NCBI GenBank assembly: GCA_965224195.1
Contig: OZ245040.1
Coordinates: forward strand, 1,664,001 to 1,728,000
Direction: 5' to 3'
DNA length: 64,000 bases
Source: Nitrosopumilus sp.
Lineage (GTDB): Archaea; Thermoproteota; Nitrososphaeria; Nitrososphaerales; Nitrosopumilaceae
The position numbers and the translations under genes were made by a program. A model generated the notes under the pieces. That model did not search any database, was not told where the DNA came from, and saw only the letters and a program-made list of their open reading frames with translations. How positions within the stretch are numbered: the first letter of the stretch is position 1; each line of letters opens with the position of its first letter. This document shows, one piece after another, positions 56,679-64,000 of the stretch.

Positions 56679-57587
56679 TTGTCTTTATTGATTGATAAAT
56701 CAGAATGGATGAGTAAAAAACTAAAACCTATGTTTAACCTTGGAGTACAATTAGGCAACCATGGAACAACATATTCTCCGGGCAATGTTTGGTCAATCAA
56801 AAAAGAGATGGCAATACATGAATACATCAAACCATATGTTACTATAATTAGAAAGAATAGAGAAAAATGGTTTTATTATGATCCGTTTTGTGGTAGTGGT
56901 TTAATAAAATTTGATAAAAAAATACTGGATGGGGTATGCTTCCCAGGCAGTCCAATAATAACACTATCAAGACGTGAAGATTTTCCTTTTACAAAATATT
57001 TCATGTCAGATAGTGATGATAAGGCCATTCAATCATTGAATCTGAGACTTGAACATATGAAGGTAGATGCCAGAGCTAAGAAGATGACATTTACAGATTC
57101 GTTGGATTTTATTAAAAACCAGTCATCAAAGCATACATCATGCCTTGCAATAATTGATCCAGTAGGCATAAAAGAGATTCCATGGAGCATGATTTCAAAA
57201 ATACTTGCACTTCCTTCTACAGATATGATTGAACTTGTCAACAGCCAGGGGTTAAAACGTTGTTTTAGTGCAGCTACAAAAGACAAGGATTATCAACTTG
57301 GTAATTTTTTAGGAGATAACTCTTGGCAACAGTGTAAAAATGAATGTCAAATAATTGAAAAATATGTCGAAAAAATAAAAAAACTCAAAAAATATGTGTT
57401 AGTGATACCAGTTTATCGAACAAAAGATTACAAGCAGTATGATTTGATTTTAGCAACAGACAGCCGCGGTGGGGAAAAGGTGCTCACATACCTAAAAGAT
57501 AGGCTTGATTCTATTACTACAGAATTGATAAAAAATGTATCTGCTACAGCTTCAGGCAGGCTTAGATCTTTAAATGAATTCTTGTAA
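56679..57587 (+). CDS. tcmP: three-Cys-motif partner protein (SAM-dependent methyltransferase fold)
   Basis: WSIKK, YYDPFCGSG, GSP, IIDPVG; adjacent to DUF5131. Confidence 0.85.
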   Translation: MSLLIDKSEWMSKKLKPMFNLGVQLGNHGTTYSPGNVWSIKKEMAIHEYIKPYVTIIRKNREKWFYYDPFCGSGLIKFDKKILDGVCFPGSPIITLSRREDFPFTKYFMSDSDDKAIQSLNLRLEHMKVDARAKKMTFTDSLDFIKNQSSKHTSCLAIIDPVGIKEIPWSMISKILALPSTDMIELVNSQGLKRCFSAATKDKDYQLGNFLGDNSWQQCKNECQIIEKYVEKIKKLKKYVLVIPVYRTKDYKQYDLILATDSRGGEKVLTYLKDRLDSITTELIKNVSATASGRLRSLNEFL

Positions 57588-57849
57588 TTATATATATATA
57601 TATATCATTATTGACTATTTTTGCATTCATATGTAATCAACACCGGATTAAATTATATTCTTAATCCTATTGGACTATAACAAAAATATAGTTGCACAGT
57701 ATAAAAAAAATTAAAGATCGAAATTAGGTCCACCATATAATGAATCTATTTTTCGTATCTCTTCCTTTATGTGAGTTATTTTACTTTGTAGTACATTTGT
57801 GTCAAAAGTCCATCCAAGAGTAACGATCTTTTAATGATATTATACACGC

Positions 57850-58836
57850 TCAATTGAATCTAGATACTGCAGCAACTGCAGCAACAACAATGCCCACAGG
57901 CAGTACCCCATACATCAGTAAGTTAAGCACGATGACAAATGAGCCGTGCAGTACGACTGAGAGTTCGCTGGCAGGATCTGCCAGACCCATCACATTTAAC
58001 GAGTATATCATTGGGGTAATGTATATCTTGACTGCCTCTCTGAACATGGGATTCTCCCGCTGATAGTCTGAGACTAGTGGCGAGAATGCATAATAAAGCG
58101 AGTTAAATGACTCCATAAAGATGCCTGCTGACTGTGTGTGTGAGAGCTGGTTGTCCCTTATTTCACGCAGCATCTGGACTTGGGGTGCCAGTTCTGTTCC
58201 ATAGGCAGCTGTGGCAATGAGGCATCCGCCGCCGTCTCCATTATTCTTCTCATCAGTACTCACAGCGGATTCTGCCACACATTTGCCGTCATGCAAAATT
58301 GTACCAGGACCGCACGTCATCTCTTTTGTGGGCTCTTCTTTTATTGGTTCTGGAACATATCCATCAGGCACATCACCACTACTACTACTACTGCTACTGC
58401 TATCATTACCACTACTGCTATCATCACTTTGTTTGACAGTTACAGTGCCGCTCATCCAGGGTTGCAGCGGTGAGAAAAACTCAACAGAGCCGGATTTCAC
58501 AAAGGTGTAAGAGAATGACCCGTTAGGTAAAATCACGCCTGAGTCAAACAGAACACCTGCATCATCATCGAGAATCCTGCCAGATACAACGCCGACAGGG
58601 TACGACTGTTCATTGTGCCATGTTACGGTGTCATGCTGGCTTATCTGCATCAGATGGGCAGACCAGCATGTGGCATCCTCCTCACACCCGGAAAAATTAT
58701 CACTGGCAGCAACAAACACGTCATATGATTCAGCAGCATACGCCATTCCGACTGGAACAAGCAAAATCAATAAAAGAATGCAGGAAAAACCATACATTGT
58801 AAAACCATTTACCGAATCAGTCATCATCATCATCAT
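57850..58836 (-). CDS. cupredoxin-like secreted protein with CFI-box-CTERM
   Basis: FDSG.I.P..SFSYTF...PWMSGTVTV; CGPGT; GGGCLIATAAYGTELAPQVQMLREIRDN; C-terminal TM. Confidence 0.88.
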   Translation of the reverse strand: MMMMMTDSVNGFTMYGFSCILLLILLVPVGMAYAAESYDVFVAASDNFSGCEEDATCWSAHLMQISQHDTVTWHNEQSYPVGVVSGRILDDDAGVLFDSGVILPNGSFSYTFVKSGSVEFFSPLQPWMSGTVTVKQSDDSSSGNDSSSSSSSSGDVPDGYVPEPIKEEPTKEMTCGPGTILHDGKCVAESAVSTDEKNNGDGGGCLIATAAYGTELAPQVQMLREIRDNQLSHTQSAGIFMESFNSLYYAFSPLVSDYQRENPMFREAVKIYITPMIYSLNVMGLADPASELSVVLHGSFVIVLNLLMYGVLPVGIVVAAVAAVSRFN

Positions 58837-61800
58837 TTTAAGACGCCCACCATGTAAGACAAGACTATCTTTAGCTGCTCTACTGAAATCTGATTTTTAT
58901 ATACCATCTCTCCAAGGTGTTTCTTTATCCATTTTGGCAATGATACGTCAGGTGGCAGGTCATTTGTAATGCCAAGTGACTTTATCAGCTCAGCATCAGT
59001 TGCAGAGAATTCAGAGTATCCTGCCCATCTCTTTATCATCTCATTTTGTTTTTTGATGGCATCAGTGCTCTGGGTGTCAGATGATGGTGGTAGCAGTTTA
59101 ATCATGTCATCATCTTGGGCGATGGCTGTCTTTGATGCATCAAGGCATGTTCCATCATGATTCATCACCTGCTCAGACAGACATGCAAAGGTTCCAGGTT
59201 CAGGGTCCATACATAAGCCAGTATCCAGCAACAACTTGCCTGCATCACATGATGATGTGATAGTGTCAGAAGAAGAAGAAGAAGAGGAACTGCCGCCTGA
59301 TGATGAAGAGGAACTGCCGCCTGATGATGAAGCAGTGTCAGAAGAAGATGAAGAACCTTGCGCATCATTCTGTGCTGTTACAGTCAGGGCATTATGAATG
59401 GTAAATGTCAGGGCATTTCGCCTGTCATCCCATGCATATATTTGAATGTCAGAGGTATCCATTGCTTTGCCAAAGGTTACAGAATAGTCCCATGTTGCAA
59501 CGCGTACATCAACTTTGGCAATACTGACAGACGCATTCTCAATTAGTCCGTTTGGATCAATTATTTTCAGGGAGTTGCTGTTATTATCATTGTTGCCATC
59601 ATTGTATTTTTTGTCCCAGACTAGTTTTGTGTCACTGTCACATATTTGGTTGTTTGATATTTGCTTGTTCAAACACAGCTCAACATGAGAGATGCTCTCC
59701 CATGACATGTTATCGTGCATTGTCAATGATATCGGGATTGATTGGCCTGTCTGTACTAGTACGGGGTTGTCTAGTGTATAATCTAATCGGGATGGCTCTG
59801 GAGATATTCCCACTGTTCCGATGAATATGGTGTGGGTTTTCCCATCAAAGGAGGTGGTGGGGAATGAAGGCGGAGTGGACTCGGTACTGCTGCTACTGCT
59901 ACCTCCTCCAGAACTACGGCCAGTTCCTGTAATGATAATGTGATTGTCCGGTGATGCATCTATTTGATTGCCTGAAACATCAGATACAGCTCCTTTCAGG
60001 ATGTCCAGTTGTGGGGTAGTCAGTGCAATGACTGATTCCCTTTGGGATGCAGTCAGCTCAATCTCTATGAAATTACTGTTGCCGACAGTTTCAATGCTGG
60101 CACCAGTCAGTGAAATCTCATTGGTATTTCCTGACTCACTGATGAATAATTTGGATAGATCAAGAGAGGAAGCCAATGCGTACTCGTGGATATCTCCACC
60201 AGTAGCACCTACAACAAACATCTTTGTTCCAGCTGGGTTAAATGCCACACCTGTTGGATTTGCATCCTGTAAAGATACTGAGAAAGTGTCTGCATGGGTG
60301 GGGGCAGATATGTCAAAGGGGGCAGACAGGGCGTACTCGTGGATGGCATCACCAGCATCACCTACAACAAACATCTTTGTTCCATCTGTGTTAAATGCTA
60401 CATCTGCCGGAGTTGTATCCTGGTCAGATACTGGGAAAGAGACATCTGCAAAGACGGAGGAGGATACGTCAAAGGGGACAGATAATGTATACTCGTAGAC
60501 ACGATCATTTTGAGCACCTATAACAAACATCTTTGTTCCATTTGTGCTAAATGCCATGCCTGTTGGACTAGCGTCCCGATCAGATACTGGGAAAGAGTCA
60601 TTTGCAAAGACGGAGGAGGATACGTCAAAGGGAGTAGTTAATGTGTACTCGTGGATCTCTCCACCAGTATTACCTACAACAAACATCTTTGTTCCATTTG
60701 TGTTAAATGCTACATCTGCCGGAGTTGCATCCTGTGCAGATACTAGGAAAGGATCATCATCTACAAAGGAGAGAGTAGATACGTCAAAGGGGTCAGACAG
60801 TGTGTACTCGTTGATATCCTTACCAGCAGCACCTATAACAAACATCTTTGTTCCATTTGTGCTAAATGCCATGCCTGTTGGACTAGTTTCCTGCGTACCT
60901 ACTGAGAAAGATCTGTCTGTATGGGCGGCAGTAGACAAGTCAAAGTCCCCGTTTGCTATTATCTCATCAAAAGTTACTGCCAAGACTCCGGTTCCCTCAT
61001 TTAGTGCGGCTGAATCAAATGTTGGCGGGGTATTGTCAGCAGATGGTGATACTGGCACAACAGGTACTACAGGCACTGGTGGTGCGACAGGCATATTAAG
61101 GATGACATGTGCAAAAGACTCTAAACTATCATAGTTTGCTACAGTAACAACTGCATATACAACTATGCGGTATGACTCACCTGATGTCAGGCCTGTTATC
61201 GTATGTAAGGTGTTAATCATATCACTGTCGTGTTCAGGTATACGATCACCGGTAGCAGGATTATAGACCTCCACGGTATATAATATATCATCAATAGTAT
61301 AGAATGGATTGGCAGGTATTGCAGGTGCAGTCCAAGTGATTTCAGCGGCTGTGCCGTTTATTATATTGACTGAAAGGTTAGTTGGCTTATTAAGTGACGG
61401 AGGTATCGGCATATCAAAGGATACAGCTGCGGTAGGTTGGGAGGACAGAACGGTTGAATCTGACGACAGGGCTTTTACCTCTACGGTTACCTCATAAGAT
61501 TCGCCAGGTGTCAGGCCTGTTGCCGTATGTGTGGTAGTGGTGCCGTCAGATATGGTATACGGTACGGTGGTGCCATCAGCAACATCAGTGACATTCACGA
61601 GATAGGATACGTCACTAATGTCATAGAATGAATTGGCAGGTATTGCAGGTGCAGTCCAAGTGATGGTAGCTGTGGTGCCAGATACATCCACTGAAAGGTT
61701 AGTTGGAGCAGCAAGTGGTGGTGGTACTGCTGCTACACTGTTAGTTACTGCAATTGCATTGTTTAGTGCTGCAAGAATTTGATTGCCTGAAACATCAGAT

Positions 61801-64000
61801 ACTGCCGCTGCCAAGATGTCCAGTTCTGGAGTAGTCAATGCAAGGGCTGACTGTAATTGAGGTGCAGTCAGCTTGATCTCTATGGAGGTACTGTTGCCGA
61901 CAGTTTCAATGCTGGCACCGCTCAGTGCCGTGCCGGTACCATTAACACTTCCCGACTCACTGATGAGCAGTTTGGACAGGTCAACTGGAGTGGCTAATGT
62001 ATACTCGTAGACATTAACACCTACAGCAAACATCTTTGTTCCATCTGGGCTAAATGCTACACCTAACGGAGTAGTGTCCTGTGAACCTACTAAGAAAGTG
62101 CCTGTATGGGTGGGGTCAGATATGTTAAAGGGGGCAGTTAATGTGTACTCGTAGATTTTGTTAGTACTATAACCTACAACAAACATCTTTGTTCCAGATG
62201 GGTCAAATGCTACACCTGTTGGATTCAAGTCCTCTGAACCTACTGAGAAAAGGTCTGTATAGGTGGGATCAGATATGTTAAAGGGAGAAGATAATGTGTA
62301 CTCGTAGACATGATCATATTGATCACCTACAACAAACATCTTTGTTCCAGCAGAGTTAAATGCCATGCCTTCTGGATGATCGTCCTGTGAAGTTACGTTA
62401 AAAGTGCCTATATGGGTGGGATCAGATATGTTAAAGGGGGCAGTTAATGCGTACTTGTTGATATCCCCGTCAGAATAACCTACAACAAACATCAGTGTTC
62501 CATTTGTGCTAAATGTTACATCTGACGGAAATGTGTCATGTGAAGTTACGTTAAAAGTGCCTATATGGGTGGGATCAGATATGTTAAAGGGGGCAGTTAA
62601 CTTGTACTCGTAGATACTATCATTGTTATCACCTGCAACAAACATCAGTGTTCCATTTGTGCTAAATGCTACACCTTGTAGAGATGTGTCTGAAGATACT
62701 GAGAAAGAATTGTCTGTATAGGCGGCAGTGGATACGTCAAAGCCCTCGTTTGATATTGTCTCATCAAAAGTTATTGCCAGGACTCCTGTCTTCTCATCTA
62801 GTGCGGCTGACTCAAATTTTGGCGGGGTATTGTCAGGTGTAACTGCAGTAGGACTGCCCGGTGATGGCGGCTGTACAGCATTGGTGGTAGTCACAGAATT
62901 GTCTGTTGCTGTGTCAATGGCATTTCCTGATATGTCCCGTACGGCGCCTACCCCAATGTCAAGCTGCGGTGTAAGAGAGTTTGCAAGTACTGTGCTTATC
63001 TGTGGCAAAGTCAGCTGAATCAGGATTTCAGTGCTGTTGCCTGCTGTTTGAACTGCCGCACCGTCAAGTGACACCTGGTTTACAGTGTTAGGTGCGCTGA
63101 GGAACAGCTTTGTCAGGTCAATGTCCGTAGTTGGCGTGTTGTCTATTCTCTCATCAAATACAATTGTCAGCATGCCAGTACCTGCATCAAATGCGGCTGA
63201 CTCAAAGGCGGGCTTTACAGTATCAGCAGTGACATTCACGGTATTGTCATCTGATGCGTCAATGGCATTTCCAAACAGGTCAGTTACTGCAGAGTCTGCA
63301 ATGTCAAGCTGCGGTTCAGTAGAGTTGCCAATTACGTTGGTCCTCTGCCTCTCAGTTAGGGTAATTGCAATCTCAGCGCTGTGGCCAGTTGTGTCAATGC
63401 TTGCACCGGCAAGCGGTGTCTGGTTTACTGTGTTAGGTGCGCTAAGGAACAGCTTTGCCAGATTAATGTCTCCAGATAGACTGTTGTATATTGGTTCATC
63501 AAATTCGATTGTCAGTTTGCCAGTACCTGCATTAAATGATACAAAATACAAATTAGGCCCTAGGTCATCTGCAATGACAATGTTACTGTTCATGCCCAGC
63601 GAGCCAAAGGTCTTCGGAGGATTTACGCTCAGTACAATTCCTTTTGGAGGCAGCGTCTGGTCGGCATTGGCGTGCGGGAATGCGGCATCGCGGATGATGT
63701 TGTCATTTAGTAGCAAGGCATTCGTACCACTATATTCAAGTTTAGACGTCTGCTCACCAGGCTGAATTGAATAAGTAAAATGCAGCGTGTCAGTGTTGTT
63801 GCCTGAGGCATACCCAGCTACTGCGCCAGAACCAAATAAAACGCTGTCTACATTCAGATGGATATACGGTGTGCCAGTAACAATTACAGGCGCAGAAAAG
63901 TGCACAGAGATGTCAATTTCTCCCAAGGTGCCATATGTGCCGTCAGCATTGTCAGAGGAGACGGCATTTACGACTATCTCCTTTTGCATATACATTACAT
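58833..64000 (-). CDS. large surface protein with beta-propellers, Ig-like and FN3 domains (5' end outside the window)
   Basis: PTGMAFSTNGTKMFV...EYTL..PFD repeats, APTNLSV...ITWTAP, TFDE...DVSGN domains, C-terminal LPKWIKKHLG motif. Confidence 0.9.
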   Translation of the reverse strand, partial: VMYMQKEIVVNAVSSDNADGTYGTLGEIDISVHFSAPVIVTGTPYIHLNVDSVLFGSGAVAGYASGNNTDTLHFTYSIQPGEQTSKLEYSGTNALLLNDNIIRDAAFPHANADQTLPPKGIVLSVNPPKTFGSLGMNSNIVIADDLGPNLYFVSFNAGTGKLTIEFDEPIYNSLSGDINLAKLFLSAPNTVNQTPLAGASIDTTGHSAEIAITLTERQRTNVIGNSTEPQLDIADSAVTDLFGNAIDASDDNTVNVTADTVKPAFESAAFDAGTGMLTIVFDERIDNTPTTDIDLTKLFLSAPNTVNQVSLDGAAVQTAGNSTEILIQLTLPQISTVLANSLTPQLDIGVGAVRDISGNAIDTATDNSVTTTNAVQPPSPGSPTAVTPDNTPPKFESAALDEKTGVLAITFDETISNEGFDVSTAAYTDNSFSVSSDTSLQGVAFSTNGTLMFVAGDNNDSIYEYKLTAPFNISDPTHIGTFNVTSHDTFPSDVTFSTNGTLMFVVGYSDGDINKYALTAPFNISDPTHIGTFNVTSQDDHPEGMAFNSAGTKMFVVGDQYDHVYEYTLSSPFNISDPTYTDLFSVGSEDLNPTGVAFDPSGTKMFVVGYSTNKIYEYTLTAPFNISDPTHTGTFLVGSQDTTPLGVAFSPDGTKMFAVGVNVYEYTLATPVDLSKLLISESGSVNGTGTALSGASIETVGNSTSIEIKLTAPQLQSALALTTPELDILAAAVSDVSGNQILAALNNAIAVTNSVAAVPPPLAAPTNLSVDVSGTTATITWTAPAIPANSFYDISDVSYLVNVTDVADGTTVPYTISDGTTTTHTATGLTPGESYEVTVEVKALSSDSTVLSSQPTAAVSFDMPIPPSLNKPTNLSVNIINGTAAEITWTAPAIPANPFYTIDDILYTVEVYNPATGDRIPEHDSDMINTLHTITGLTSGESYRIVVYAVVTVANYDSLESFAHVILNMPVAPPVPVVPVVPVSPSADNTPPTFDSAALNEGTGVLAVTFDEIIANGDFDLSTAAHTDRSFSVGTQETSPTGMAFSTNGTKMFVIGAAGKDINEYTLSDPFDVSTLSFVDDDPFLVSAQDATPADVAFNTNGTKMFVVGNTGGEIHEYTLTTPFDVSSSVFANDSFPVSDRDASPTGMAFSTNGTKMFVIGAQNDRVYEYTLSVPFDVSSSVFADVSFPVSDQDTTPADVAFNTDGTKMFVVGDAGDAIHEYALSAPFDISAPTHADTFSVSLQDANPTGVAFNPAGTKMFVVGATGGDIHEYALASSLDLSKLFISESGNTNEISLTGASIETVGNSNFIEIELTASQRESVIALTTPQLDILKGAVSDVSGNQIDASPDNHIIITGTGRSSGGGSSSSSTESTPPSFPTTSFDGKTHTIFIGTVGISPEPSRLDYTLDNPVLVQTGQSIPISLTMHDNMSWESISHVELCLNKQISNNQICDSDTKLVWDKKYNDGNNDNNSNSLKIIDPNGLIENASVSIAKVDVRVATWDYSVTFGKAMDTSDIQIYAWDDRRNALTFTIHNALTVTAQNDAQGSSSSSDTASSSGGSSSSSSGGSSSSSSSSDTITSSCDAGKLLLDTGLCMDPEPGTFACLSEQVMNHDGTCLDASKTAIAQDDDMIKLLPPSSDTQSTDAIKKQNEMIKRWAGYSEFSATDAELIKSLGITNDLPPDVSLPKWIKKHLGEMVYKNQISVEQLKIVLSYMVGVLK

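Overview
Accessory, heavily rearranged 64-kb region, most likely from an ammonia-oxidising archaeon (Nitrosopumilaceae). Support: a thaumarchaeal S-layer C-terminus, a CFI-box-CTERM cupredoxin-like protein and Cenarchaeum-style giant beta-propeller proteins. The many IS copies and pseudogenes suggest a host-associated lineage (inference). Main contents: (1) two paralogous giant membrane-anchored proteins with a 20-aa (60-bp) repeat stalk and different beta-propeller heads, one in an operon with a small secreted beta-rich protein; (2) an AT-rich operon encoding a fused wHTH-nucleotidyltransferase, a TRAFAC GTPase, a GAP1-N2/DENN-like protein and a membrane protein; (3) an 8-kb element with perfect 72-bp terminal inverted repeats carrying a SNF2 helicase, an Mrr-like nuclease, two ParB-like paralogs, an MT-A70 methyltransferase and a SWIM/IS6-like transposase; (4) IS5, IS1595 and IS6-like elements, HicAB and PIN toxin modules, a DUF5131-TcmP pair and virus-like relics. 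The most unexpected signal is three independent scars in which a 36-38-bp target is directly duplicated around a unique 35-36-bp insert. This is the geometry of CRISPR spacer integration, but at non-CRISPR sites. No rRNA, tRNA, cas gene or true CRISPR array was seen. All family calls come from motif recognition by eye; no database search was run.
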